A stretch of DNA of 62,059 bases, counting the filler, from Sphacelaria rigidula (taxonomy: Eukaryota): assembly GCA_964200075.2 (NCBI GenBank). It is 5 parts of 5 records of this genome, joined end to end, with 100 filler letters (N's around TTAATTAATTAA, not from the genome) between each part and the next. Parts side by side here need not be neighbours in the genome. Positions count along the whole stretch, not along the records: positions 1 to 12,336 come from CAXNAA020003880.1; positions 12,437 to 24,770 come from CAXNAA020003881.1; 3 more parts are not named here. One strand, 5' to 3'. Position 1 is the first letter of the stretch. The number at the start of each line of letters is the position of its first letter. A program made the translations under genes and the position numbers. Positions 11,309 through 24,264 of this stretch are shown here, one piece after another. The notes below the pieces were generated by a model. The model made no database searches, was not told the DNA's origin, and saw only the letters and a program-made list of their open reading frames with translations.

Positions 11309-12336
11309 CGGCTTAATTGAAATACGACGGGAAACACGAAATATATACTACACAGGAAGGAAAGAGAAGAGATAGGAACAGCAGTTGAAAAAATAATGGA
11401 TACACCCTAGACAGCACGGCTGCTATGGAAACAGATCTTCACGTCTTGCTTTTCAAAGGGATGAAAAACATGAGGAGTTGAGTGATGCCGCGATAGCCCC
11501 CCCCCCAGAAAAAAAAACAGCCCCAAGACTATCACGAAAAAAATAGTCATACGGTGCATTACAGTGTATTTCAGGTTGATTAACCCTTTTGGGACCGACC
11601 CCCACTAACACAGGGTTGACCCTGTTTCAGTGAAATAATAAATAAGACAGGAAGCGACCTGCCCAATCACGGCAAGGCGAAATTTATCGACCAGACCCGA
11701 ACGATCAGCGCGGGGTTGTTGGCGAGTGTGATGCCACTGCAAAGATCGTGTGGGGGTCCTATCCCTGGCCCAGATAAGCCCCCCCAGGTTTTCAAGAGCA
11801 GGGCGGTCGGAACTTGGTTATATGATATTACTTGCACTCAGTACAGCGTTTTCCCGTGTTTTTGGGGTCACAATTCTATACTAAAACGTAGTAATTACAC
11901 TAACACAAGGTCGACCGGAAAAACCGGGAAGGAGTGTACATGCTACAATCTGGTCATTTTCACGAGGCACTAAGCCCAGGTGGGCCGTGGAAAGACAGAA
12001 GGAGCTACCGTCATGAAATCTGCTTATTTATCTGCCGATGACTTGTAGTGTGCAGTTAACATGAATGTATAGGGCGGGGATGAAGAAGCGGTATATAGGC
12101 AGTTGATCTCGGTAGCTGAGAATTGTCCAGAACGTGCAAGGGGGTATGCAGCTGCAGCTGCTGCTTCAGTCGGAGAGGCGTACTACACTGTATCGTACTA
12201 TACTGTTGTATGCATGCGCGCCGCAACGCTGGTACCCTTCGAAGAGAACTTGCCACATGCAACGAACGGGGAAATGGCGGCCCACCCCGACCACAAAGGG
12301 CTGTGTGGCACGGTGATGGGGACAAAAATATCACCC

Positions 12337-12436
12337 NNNNNNNNNNNNNNNNNNNNNNNNNNNNNNNNNNNNNNNNNNNNTTAATTAATTAANNNNNNNN
12401 NNNNNNNNNNNNNNNNNNNNNNNNNNNNNNNNNNNN
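12337..12436. other. Assembly gap spacer N44-TTAATTAATTAA-N44; identical spacers at 24771-24870, 37204-37303 and 49635-49734
   Basis: The same 100-bp artificial linker with stops in all six frames occurs four times. Confidence 0.97.
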
Positions 12437-12517
12437 GTGAACGATGATGGGAAAACATTGCACTTTCTCATCAAGCTTTCGAAAATGAAGAACGTCGCAG
12501 GGTGACGTGAAGCTTAA

Positions 12518-12720
12518 TCCTTAGACCGCGAGATTAGTCTTTCTGGATCATACATACTTTTTTTCAGTTCAAATTGATGCCGATTCAACAGAAGACTAAC
12601 CTCCTCGCGGTCTAAGGGTTAACCCTTGGACCGCGAGACTAGTCTTCTGTTGAATCGGCATCAATTTCAACTGAACAAAAGGATGCATGATTCAGAAAGA
12701 CTAATCTCGCGGTCTAAGGG
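12518..12720. mobile_element. Two inverted, abutting piggyBac-type MITEs (12518-12618 and 12623-12720)
   Basis: TIRs CCCTT(A/G)GACCGCGAG...CTCGCGGTCTAAGGG. TTAA at 12514-17, 12619-22 and 12721-24. The second copy is the reverse complement of the first. Confidence 0.85.
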
Positions 12721-12902
12721 TTAAGGGGTTTGTCAAGTGTACTGTTTCAAGAGCAGGTCTAATTATCCCGCTTGCACGGGAGCGTTCACACGTAATCTTA
12801 GTTAGACATATGTCTTGCTGCCAAAAAATGAACACGACGTCCCCATTCCCCCCACCCTTCTCCTCCCCTCCCCTCATTCCCCCGCCGCCGCCAAAACATT
12901 AG

Positions 12903-15900
12903 GTGTGCCAGAGGGTTGCGGACCTTTACCCCAAGAACTATTACGCTTGGACCCAACGCAGCTGGGTGGTCCTGCGACAAGTGGGGTTGGCCGCGGTGGA
13001 AGCCGCCCGCGGGGGTGATGCTTCGACGGGAGTGCAACAGGCGCGAGGCTTGGTGAGTATTTTATGTCGACGTAGTGATCATTTCCCGCAGTAACGGAAA
13101 TACGGTAAAATTAATGTGTTGCGCTTGTTGTTAGTTATAGTCACTGTGATAGTGGTGAACTACGACCATGACTATAAAGAAATCGTGGGCGAAAAAAAAT
13201 GCGGAGGAACAATGAATAATGAAGACGTCATCGACTGGCCGGACCGGTGCCGAACCTCCGCAGAACCTGTGCCGAACAGGACACACCCTCCGTCCCAAGT
13301 TACCGAGGTTTAGTATGCGAAAGCTGTAGTATTTTTCATAGCGTCATTCTCGAGACAGGAAGCAAACCGGCCTGTGGCACTTCATAGTCCCCCGCAAAAA
13401 CACCATTGTAGACCTAGTCACTCGCGCGGCGGATTTGCTCAATTCGCCATAGCGGACACGAAAAGCCCCAAGACGTTGAAGAAAAGGCGTTTTGCAGTAG
13501 ATTTTGGGTTTGGTGCAACGGTTTGCCGCGTGCTGCAGCCTCTGCAGTACGCGTTACGGAAATCCGCCGCGCGAGTGGCTAGGTCTTGTGTGTGGGAAGC
13601 CTACGCATCAAACCGCAGTCCAATCCTCTGCGTGAGTGCCGAGAAAACCGCCTTGAAAGATTGGCACAACAACATATTGCAAAAAGAGGGGCACAACAAC
13701 AACACGAGCAGCACTTTCTATCCTCCTGTTGTTGTGACCCTGTGCACAGGTGTACAGCAACGTCAGTCACAGGTTTGTTGTAGAATGTACTATATTAATA
13801 GCACATTTCATATGAGCGAGGTCGTTATTTGAAGGTGACGCGTGTATTCGTGATTCATAGGATGGGCTCGATTACGAGTCATTTTTTCTGCAGAGAGGGG
13901 TCGGTGTCCATGTTTCCGATATATAGTACCCAAAATCGGCCCCCATTTACCCTCATGACTCTATATACTATGTTGTGAGTCACAATTTGTCCCGCTGGCG
14001 CCCCTTGTCTCCGTTTTTCTCCGCAATTCACCGAAAACAAATATTAGTGTTGATATTAGGCGCATATGTTGTGAGTCGATATTAGTATAATACCCAAGAA
14101 CCGCGGATGGATCCCGGCCCTAAAAGCACTGTCCACCTACATGCGGCCGGCACCGTCCCTTCAATTGTTTTCAATGGAGTTCCTTGCGGAACGAACGGGT
14201 GTAGCTTCACCTTGGGCCATCATCCATATTTCCGTTAACGGAGTGTCGTCATACTCCGCGGATTGGCTAGGGTAAGCCCCCTGGCTCACGTCAAGTACTC
14301 TCATTCTCCCTTCACCCGAGATTTCGTCTACCTCCACACAGATTGGAGTATGATATACACACTGGAGCATGACACGTACATACTGGGGTAAGTTAAGACA
14401 CATACAGGCTGGAGTACGATACACAGACTAGATTACGACACACCCCGGAGCATAACACGTACATACAGCAACTAAGTCATAGCCGCGTCCCCGTGGCTCA
14501 CCCCCACATGTTTGTGGTCTAAATTAATATGGTACAACTGAGCACCTGTTGATAGGGCGGAAGATAGACGAAGGGTTCGGATCCTTGCAGATGCGCTTTT
14601 TGTTTAGTTTCCCGATTTCTGTCGTTAAAAATGTGAGAGTGTCCATATATTTTTTTCTCGTCTTTTCCGTGATTTTTTTCTGAAAGGAAACAAAACGCCA
14701 GACCTGATCTTATTATCCTCCTCGCGAATAGCGCTTCGCGCGATGGGCACGTAATCATGTTTTCGCGAGATTGAGAGTCTGGGGTTGATTGAGAGTGGCT
14801 TTTATCAGTCGCCTTAACTTGACTGTTTTTTCGTTTTGTGCGTGCTTTCCTTTTGCTTATAGCACTGTCGCATGCTTATAGCTACACGTTGAGATCCTAC
14901 TCGGGGATACCAAAAGCTTCAGTGGCAAGCTGCTACAGAAAGCGCATAAGACACCCGGAAGGGCAATTCGGAACTGAAACTACTTCAATAACTATTTGAC
15001 CGTTTCTCACCTCTCAATTGTTTCCTCTCAATCTCACGAAAACATTGTTACGTATAAGCAGCCTACATAAAATACGTTGATAAGCCGCCGCGCCCCTTTG
15101 GTCTAGTGGTGCAACTGACCCCACCAGGTCGGCGAAAACGCGTGTTCGATTCCTATCGAATGCATCTATTGATAGTTTGCCTGTTCTCTGACAAGCATAC
15201 GAATTCCGTCCACATTGGATCATGAAAAGCACGTGAAGAGACGTGAGTAGCACAAAGACTCTGTCTAGCTAAGTCTCTGTGGCAAAAGTTGCGGTGCGAG
15301 TGTGTGGGTCATGATCCAATCCGTGATGTCAAAATGTAAGTCGTGCTCTCTACCGGGGGGGGAGATGGGTCAATCCCTCGACACCACGGACTTGTCCCGA
15401 GGAAGGGAAAGCGACAGAAGTGAGGGCATATATATATATATATATATGGGTGTGTACGTATAATTCGTGCGTGTTATGTGTATTTTCGTGTAGATTTTTT
15501 TGTTTCTCGCCTTCCTCTGTGGGTTGTTCGAGTTGTGGACATGCGTGGTATGCTCCTTGCACTCTGTTGCCACGGGTCCGAGAGATCGAGCTATTGTGAC
15601 GGATATCATAATATCATATCAATTATGTTTGTTTTTGTGATGTTTGCGATCTTCTGTTTCGTTGATTGGAGTGCGCGTGATGATCATGTTTTCATGTTTG
15701 TGTGTTGTGTTTTGGTGTTATATATACATATATACGTGTATCCGCATAGCTCGAGAGGGAGGTGCTGTTCGTGGACAAATGGTTGACGGGGCATGTGTCG
15801 GACCATTCTGCTCTCAACCATCGCAAGAACGTTGCATCTGCTCTGGCTGCCGCTTCATCAGGTCAGTACTTGGGAGGTCCTGTGATCAGAGAGAGGCGGA

Positions 15901-16042
15901 GGGGGGGGGGGGGGGGGGGGGTCCTCTTTTTTTTTTTTTCTTTTTGGTTTGATGATTGGCCACGAATCCATTTTTAGAGGGGGCCCCGCCCCCACCCCNN
16001 NNNNNNNNGCTTGTGGGGGGGTGGGGGGGGGGGGGGGGGGGG

Positions 16043-16084
<42 letters not shown>

Positions 16085-19000
16085 CGTACTCATTTGTTGC
16101 TTTCCTTAGTCGCTTGACCATTGGCCACGAATCCATTTCGAGACGGAGCACCGTTCCCACTCCCAATAGAGACACCTCCAACATTTAGTTGCTCACGACG
16201 TTTTTCCGTTCATTACACAAAAACCTTCAACATATCCTATCCCCGTCCTGTTTCGCCGTCTGTGACCACCATCTATCTCCCAGCACAGCCATCGTTCTTT
16301 CGCTGCTGTCTAATGCATCAAACGATTTCATGCCACCTTCGCTCACGTCCCGCATTTCCCCTTCTATCTAGCACGTCCCGTTCCTGCTTGTATAGTTCAC
16401 AATCTGCCGCTATATGACTTCTGCTCTCTATTGCTTTGCCACACGGACAGGTCTGTGCATCTACTTCCTCCTCCTCTCCACTACTGGTATATATATTTCT
16501 TTTTCTGGCAGGTCCAGGTCCCCCACCCGAAATCGCACTTTCAATTTTTTCGCCGCGTCTGTTGGGCCATGCAGATATATGTTCATCCCTATCCCCTCTC
16601 TTAACCCCCCGTAGATCTTAGTTGTTCTTCCTCGTCTACCTTGCGTCTGAGCGCTCCTTTTCCCCAAATTTCTATAATATCTCTTACTTTTGTCTTGTAC
16701 CCCTCGCCTTCACTTGGGGACAGTATGTCGTCTTGGTTTCTTCCCGTCTCCTTCCATACTTTATCGACTTCTTGGTCCCACCTGATTCCAGCCTGCTCTT
16801 TCGTGGTTTTCTTCCATACAGCCCGATCACCTATAGCTGGCAATCCCTTTCTGTGCATGTTCCTTACGCCATATTGCCATCCCAATTTTCTCATGCCTCT
16901 GTTAGTTTGAAGTGAGTACATTTCCAACTCTGCTCTCAATGCTGTATTACACGTCGTTTTCGAGCATCAAAGTATTTTCTTAGTTGCTGCCATCTGTACT
17001 GTTTTCAACTTCTTCACCAGAGCGGGGCGGAGAGGGGGAGGGGGGTGGTGAAGTGGGACCAGGTTTTGTGTTGATCAACTGTCTCGTGATTTTTCCTCTA
17101 GGCAACTGTCTGATACTCTGTTTTTTTTGCACACAGTAGTACGAGTTCTTGAACCCGTGGTCACCGACGTAAGGTAGCCTATGTGACTAGTGTGTTACGG
17201 CGTTGAATGTGGAGCTCTACTGCACATCGGAGCTGCCACCGAAATTCTTTTTCACACGCAAACATGGAGAAAGGGCGGTCAATCCTTCAGTGCACAGCGT
17301 ACTGCCATCTCTCTCTCTCTCTCCTTCTCACACACTTGCACGCACTTGCACGCACCCACGCACACGCACACGCACACGCACATGCACACGGTAAATTTCT
17401 CGCACAACTCTACCGCGACGTCACCAACCCCTCCCTAACGAGGCTGCGTGATATCATTTGAAGCCTGGCTCGTCACACTTCCTTGGATTATTCTCAAACC
17501 TAGCCCTCCTCCTGTACTGTAGTAGTAGGGGTGGGAAGGGGATGTTTCGACTTCTTTTTTTTTTCCCTGTGCCGAGGAGTTTAAATATGTGTCGCTTTTT
17601 GTTGCTTTCTATTCCGAAAAGTTTTCAACGATCCGAGTAGATGAAAACTGTGCAATCAATAAGTTTATGCATGGCTCCTTGCGCAAGCTGTACTATAGTG
17701 TCGCCTCTCAACCCCTCCCTACCTCATGATACTGTAATTGGATTATGACCCTTAATCGTTCTATTATTGTAGTACCCACCTACCCACCTACCTGTTGTCC
17801 TGTAGCGCAGGTGGACCACCGATTCAGGCTTCCGAATTTCGTGTGAGAGTGCTCTAGGTATCAACGTTTCACACATTGGACAATATATTACACTGTCAGA
17901 ATGTGTACTGCGTAAAGTATGTAATATATTGTCTATTGCAGTACACGCAATAGTTGATGGTGTGCGCAGTGGAGGGAGGGGGGCTATGAGGCTGGCGTCG
18001 GTTGGCAATGATGCTGCAAAGACGCTATTCACTGCGTAAGCTAGGCAACCATGTTATCGTTTTTTTTGCGCGCTTGGGTTTCTATTACGTTAACCATGAT
18101 TGTGGTCGAGCTAGATCATGTTGTGCGGGGTGGGAAAGCCTCAGGGGATGATCATACTACGCAGTGTTCAAATGGTGGAACAACTATGAGGCAGTGTGGA
18201 ACCTGTGACTGTTTTTGCTTTTTCTCCCCCTTCTGTTTTTCCTCAGCGAGTGTTTCCGCTTTGTTCACCTTTGGTGCGTCTACCTTGTGGATAATGACTA
18301 CGGATGGGTTATGACTCCCCAAGGATCAGTGAACGTGCGATAATAATAAAAAACATCATTATCCTAAACCTGACCCCGGTCGAGTGCATACTGAGAACCC
18401 TCGGGCGAGGAATATGCGCGCGGTGTCCTAGGCAAGGTGCGTGTTAGCAAAGCTCAAGTCGGCGCTGCCTAAGGCGCCGATCTGAGTAAGGAGGCGTGTT
18501 TCGCATGATATTATTAGAGCACTCGGGACTGTCACAGCCCTCGAAAGGAAGATGTGATTATGATGGCTCTACATACAGTACACCAAAATTGAGTAGGTTT
18601 CAACCGTTGGTGGTATGACGAAGAACGAAAGAGGTGAACTCTAAAGAATGATATGAACGGTCTTCTCGAAAGCGGGGAGGCGCGAGCAGCGACAAAAGAA
18701 CATGTAAGGTAAGAGTCGACGCAGTTCTGCAGTGCTGCTAATGGTCATGATCCAATCATCGACTGTGAAATGTCCAGACAGGTCTGGTATCGGGGGAGAG
18801 GTGGGTTTGATTGATTTCGACACCATGGACTCGTCGCGAACAGGGGGGGGGGGGGCGTACTCATTTGTTGCTTGCCTTAATCATTTGACCATTGACCACG
18901 CATCCCTTTCGAGACGAACAGGGGGGGGGGGGGAGATCGTACTCAGTTGTCGCTTGCCTTAGTAATTTGACCATTGACCACATATCCCTTTTTAGGCGGA

Positions 19001-21918
19001 GCACCGTTCCTACCCCTAAGAGAGAACCTCGAACAGTTGAGCACTCAATACGATTCTTTAATAAATTACGTGAAACCTACAGATCCTATCCCGTTCCTGT
19101 TTCGCCGTCTGTGGCCACCGTCTACCTCTTAGTATGGACGTACCCAAGGTGAGAGTGGATATTCGGGGGAAAACAAATGTTTCTCGAGAAATTCGCCAAA
19201 GGAAATTCGAGGAAGGGGGAAAATAAAGAACAAGAGAGGGCATGGTGAAGTGCAAGCAAGAAATAAAAGAAAAACAAACGGAATAAAGTATACACTAGGT
19301 TAATATCTAGTACCAGGCCGGCAGGAGAAGAACCAACAAACAAACCGACGAACCGACTGTCTAATCGCTTCCGGTGAGGAGGCCGTATGAAAAACAAACT
19401 TACTCTGACTTTTTCGTGTGTGGTGTACTCTGACGTTCCCACGTGTTCCATTATTTTGTTTTTCTGTTGCCCGCGTTCCTCCCCCCCCCAGCATCGGGCG
19501 AGGCGGGATCGGAATTCGTAGAACGAGAGCGATCGAGCAACGCGGTCGTCGTACAAGACTACCCGGGACACGAAAGCTTGTGGTGCTACCGTCGGTTCTT
19601 GTGCCAAGCGTTCCTCGTTATCGCCGCGCCGCAGGAAACGTTCCTCGGAACGCACAAACCTCTCCTCGAAGATCGCGAAGCGTTCCTCGGGAAACAGGAA
19701 CCGTTCCCCGCGGGAAATACTGACACCAGCGGTCCCGCACTGAAGAAGGCAAATGGCGTTGAGATCGCGGCATCGAAGGCGCGGCCAGAAGGAGGCGAGG
19801 AAGTAGTAGCAAGAGGAGGATTGTGTGCTGAAGCAGGGGGTGGAAGCGCTGAACAGGGTTCAGCAGCTGAAACATACGGGAAAGCAAGTTCAGGAGCATG
19901 GTCGAAAATCAGAGGAGAGGAAGAAGGGTCAGCGGATCGAGAACGCCGCGCTGCAACACGCAGGTGCAACCACGGTGGCGACAGCTATGTATTCTCCCAC
20001 TATGAGGACGATTGGCCTAGGTGGAACTCCGCCGTGAGACGTCTGTACAGCACGTATCATCGCCGGGAAGATTCTGGCCAACAGGTGATGATCACACCAG
20101 CAGATGATGACGATAGCAATCGCAGAGGTACAGAACTGGACTTGCCCCCAGCCTCCCCTGCTGGTGTCGGCGGTAGGGACCCAGGTGCAGATAGTGAGAG
20201 TGGAGGATCGCCGAGTGCTGTCGGGGGCGGGAACCGTGAAGATAACAGTGATAGCGATGAGGAAGCGCGTGCTACAGGAGCCTGGGGGTTACGAGGGCGT
20301 GATGAGCTGGTGCTGGCCGGGGTGTCAAGAGGCGGTGACGGGGAGGGCGGGTTGCTGATGGAGTTCATGTCGAGGGAAGTGCGATTTGCGCTGGAGTGCG
20401 CCACCAATAAGGTGAAGTTTCTTCGGTGCAGAGAAAAAAAAGTCATCATCCATTTCAGAGGACGTCGGGGAGTATTATAGTACAGGTGATGAATTGAATT
20501 CGTGGCGATCGTCTGAACAGGGAAAATATGTCCTAGTCTTGCAGTTGTGGGGTCCTAACCTGTAACGACTAACTTCGGGCATATCATATAATTTCCATTT
20601 TTTTCTGAGGTGTAGCTTGTCGGCCGGCATGTAATCCGTTCCTCTTGAATGGTAGATTTTTTTCTATTGTTGGTAGTCTACAAATCTTGCATGTTTTTTT
20701 TTTATTGTTGCTAGTTCACAAATCGACTTTTTCTTCTTTCCTTTCAGTGTTTCCAGTTTCGTCGGTTTGTTTTGTCCCCTCCTCCTCGCCCCTCCCTTTC
20801 TCGAGTTTACTTGCAGCGAGTATTCCCCTCTATTTTTCTTGGGGTATGTATGTAATGGGTTGTGATCACCGCTGGGCTCGTGACGGATCAGTCCATCCGC
20901 GATAATCGATTGATCAACCACTCTGAGAACACTCTGTATGCTTCCACGGAAAACTACCTACCCCGATCGAAGAGCATCGGCTCGTGGATGTGGTGAGCAG
21001 CACACCCAGGATACTCTTCATGGAGATGGTTAGTATCTTCTTGGGGACCAGACAACCAGCAACCTCTTGGTCGTGAGGAATGACCTCTCGTGGATGTTGT
21101 TTAGGGGAATAAAATCGCGGAACCCTAGGAATATCGGGAACGTGCTCTTCACATCACCCCGCCGTTGACGTGTCTCGAGTATGAAAGCAGACTGAAATGG
21201 TTGAAGAGGTCAAACACTGGAGCTTCAGGAAGGTGAAAGACATGCTCTCCACCCGTCGAATCATTTATGAGCATACCGCATTTTTTTCTTTTGCAAAGTT
21301 GCTTCCTTCTTCTCCCCTGCCCCCCGTCTGTCCTTGCTTTTTGCTGGCACGATTTTCATTAAGGGAGCGTGGCAATTTCGACAGCAGAGACGACATGCGC
21401 TGTCGTATCTAGCGTTTTTGTCATACTCCACCTCTCGGATTCTCCTCGTGCGACGAAGTCGACGAAAACATCAAAATCGGGAAGGATATGCATTTCGAAA
21501 TGATGTAGCGGTTGATGAACCTGTGGAAGGCGCGTCATCCTCCACAATCGGCGATAAGAGAGAGGTGAAGTCCAACGGAGTCAAGATGAAGATGACGATG
21601 GGCATTGGAGGAGAAGAAGAAGCAAGCGGAGTCGGGATAGGCGGGTGCATGAGCTACTGCGAGGTTACAGGGGCGCCCAAGCTCGTGTTCCCTCTCGACG
21701 AGGGAGAGTTTGCAGCTGGCCGTGATGGAGATGTGAATGGTGACCGAAGGGAAAGAGTCGTTCTCGCCCTGCGATCTCTGAATGATTTTGTCGTCGATAT
21801 TTTAGCTGCGGATTGCGACTCAGATACCCCTGTTGCTAGCACGAGTGCCTCTACTGGCTGCGCTGTCCGCACAAGCGGTCGCTGCCGCGTTGCTGTCCCT
21901 TACATGTTGGGACCGTGA
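12903..21918 (+). CDS. Protein prenyltransferase alpha subunit repeat-containing protein (PTAR1-like), 5'-incomplete; exons 12903-13052, 15750-15861, 19492-20411, 21364-21918
   Basis: Three PFTA-repeat signatures: YPKNYYAWTQRSWVV, HVSDHSALNHRK and YPGHESLWCYRRFL. All junctions are AG/GT with consistent phases (0,1,0). Upstream exons were not located. Confidence 0.85.
14751..15050. mobile_element. About 300 bp MITE; second copy at about 26018-26318
   Basis: TIRs ATGTTTTCGCGAGATTGAGAG...CTCTCAATCTCACGAAAACAT. The internal block CAGTGGCAAGCTxCTACAGAAAGC is shared with about 26185-26208. Confidence 0.75.
15088..15166 (+). mobile_element. Degenerate tRNA-like sequence (SINE head or tRNA pseudogene)
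   Basis: Box A TGGTCTAGTGG (15099-15109) and box B GTTCGATTCC (15144-15153) at tRNA-like spacing. The stems do not close. Confidence 0.55.
16083..17020 (-). mobile_element. 5'-truncated LINE 3' end in a PTAR1-like intron; smaller 3'-end pieces at about 18840-19130
   Basis: Degenerate ORF2 C-terminal peptides (NTALRAELEMYSLQTNRGMRKLGWQY; LKVRFRVGDLDLP). The terminal block GGGGCGTACTCATTTGTTGCTT...ACCATTG recurs at about 18852 and 33086. Confidence 0.7.
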
Positions 21919-23170
21919 CCGGCCGTCTGTTTAGTGTGGTAAAACAGGGGGAAAATTCCCTGCGTGTAATATTGCTGTACCTTACAGTAGAGTGTGCGCT
22001 AGGTCTGTTTGCACGTAAGGTATATAGTCATAGTCCATGCCCCCCCACGCCCCGCGCCCCCCTTTTGTGTCTACGGTATACTTACAGTGTTGGATATATA
22101 AATAGGGATGAAAGAATAGCAGTTTTAGTTATAGTTGATTCGCCTGTTTTCCCTAGAGCGATTTTCGGGCCGCGGTGCCTCGGTGTTTCGGAACGTGCCC
22201 TGTGTTGTCGCACAATGTGTTAGGGTTAGGATAACAGTGTCCCATTAGCCATAATAGTGTTGACGCTACTGGCGTTAAACTTCAGCGATCGATGTTGTTC
22301 CCGAAACAGGTCCGGTGCCGAAGAGGTTGACCCTTTGAACGTCGGGGTAGCGATAATGGTTCGGGCTAGGATAGAATGGGTATCGTGTTGACTTGAAGAA
22401 CGAAAGTAAGATCCAGATGATCTGCCCTGGTGGCCGAAGGGTTCAGTCAGTTGCTTTGAGGACTTTTGCTTCGCTATCCCACGAGCTGTCATCTACCCTG
22501 TCTGTCTGTAATTATCATTTGGACTCAAACCCGTAATATTACGATGTATACCTCTGACCACAATCCCCCGCGGGATTTCTCGATCCATCGGATTTTGTGA
22601 AATCTACGATCCTGTATATGCTGCACCGGCGGAGATCCCTGTCATCTGTGCCGTGGCGCAGATACTGGCGATTGAATGTGATCGCAACCCTTTCGGTCAT
22701 TCCCGCCATCTCGCGGTATGACTATTCATTTATAGACTATCGTCGAGCACAGCTTCATAAATTCCACTCGGCGCCATTAAGACTGTTCTCATATGAATGA
22801 GTTTATGCGATAAGTGCGTACGGATGAAATATTTGCCTTGTCCGACTGAATCCCATTTACCACCGTCGAGACGGACATCAACCGGTTAATTGTCGAGCGA
22901 AACGAAACCGTGTAACCGCCTCCCCTTGCCACGCTTGGGCATCCACCTACTGTATCTCGGGACGGCCTGCTCCAATGGATTTTCACCTTCCGATGAAGGC
23001 ATGTCTTGGTGACATCTTCACCAGTGTGTCGCCATTTATGTTACACATACCACGGTATTGGCGTATACTGCGCCGACACAACCAGTAGCAATAATTACAG
23101 TTGAGCAGGACTGCAGACGGCCTCCGAGCAGGTATGACCGATGTCGGCATTGTCTCGTCGGTCGACTTTG

Positions 23171-23566
23171 AACAGAGGATTCTATAAAATGAGGTTCGAG
23201 CCGAAAACAGTACTTTCTCCACGCTTTCAGAGATGGTGCCCAATGACTTTTTGTCGGCCGAATACCCCTCGGTCGCGTAGATACTTCTTCAGCGCATTCT
23301 ATCGACTCTGTGAGCTTACAGCGCTGTCCGAAACCGCTATTTTTACTCATTTATCAGGGGGGGTTATATCAGGGAAAACAGCAGTTTCGGTCAGCGCTGT
23401 AAGCTCACAGAGTCGGTAAAATGCGCTGAAAAAGTATCTACTCGATCGAGGGGCATTAGGCCGACAAAAACGTCATTGGGCACCATCGCTGAAAGTGTGG
23501 AAGAAGTACTGTTTTGGGCTCGAACCTCGTTTCATTGATGAACCTCATTTTTTAGAATCCTCTGTT
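23171..23566. mobile_element. Foldback element or long inverted repeat with about 170-bp arms
   Basis: GAGGTTCGAGCCGAAAACAGTACTT...CTGTGAGCTTACAGCGCTG pairs with CAGCGCTGTAAGCTCACAG...AAGTACTGTTTTGGGCTCGAACCTC. Outer arms are AACAGAGGATTCTA / TAGAATCCTCTGTT. TTTG lies on both flanks. Confidence 0.85.
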
Positions 23567-24045
23567 TTTGCATATTGAGACCGCCGAACACATCTCGCGC
23601 GGCGGCGTCGAGGTCGTTTCTCGTCGGAGTTCGAGTTCGTGTGGTTGATGATGGTGCGCGGCGGCTGACTGAAATCTGCTGTCGATACAGACGAAACGCA
23701 TCCGCGGTGCCCGACAGTCACATCTGCGCGTCTCGGCAGAAGTACCTAGCTCTCCAGGTCGCGTGATTTCCTCATCGTTGGCGTTTGAGCAAACGTGCTG
23801 ACGGTATTGGTTGCTTCCATGTACGGCGTCGATAGACACCAGAAATCAGTCGAGAAGCACGGCAGAGAGACCCGGCCTCCGGCCACGCTCGTTCAACCTC
23901 GGCTCAGGTACTTCGTCCGGCTACTGTCCGCCTTCCGGTCTCAGCACCTCGGCATTATCGGGGTCGTTCCTCATCGGGGTCAGTCCAATCGACGATGTAG
24001 GATGGTGCTCGCCTGATCCCTCCTTGAATCGATACCGTATCACCC

Positions 24046-24264
24046 GTTTGTGGTCGAGCAGCTCACACCAGGAATAAAGGATATTCGGCCGGGTTCCATG
24101 CATCAATCAACGTTCGCTTGTGATCTCTGTGCAATACATATAGCAATAACCATTGTTTGTGGTCGAGCAGCTCACACCAGGAATAAAGGATATTCGGCCG
24201 GGTTCCATGCATCAATCAACGTTCGCTTGTGATCTCTGTGCAATACATATAGCAATAACCATTG
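24046..24264. repeat. Perfect tandem duplication of 109 bp
   Basis: GTTTGTGGTCGAGCAG...GCAATAACCATTG starts at both 24046 and 24155. Confidence 0.92.

Noticed and set aside
12381..12392. Palindromic TTAATTAATTAA recurring four times
   Set aside because: It is always centred in a 100-bp N spacer, so it is an artificial contig linker and not biology.
15899..16085. Long poly-G and poly-C tracts (also 49495-49570) giving poly-Pro or poly-Gly ORFs
   Set aside because: They are adjacent to Ns and low-quality contig ends, so lengths are unreliable and they are not coding.
22221..22245. TAGGATAACAGTGT resembling an I-SceI site
   Set aside because: Only a partial match to TAGGGATAACAGGGTAAT, with several differences. 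Likely chance.
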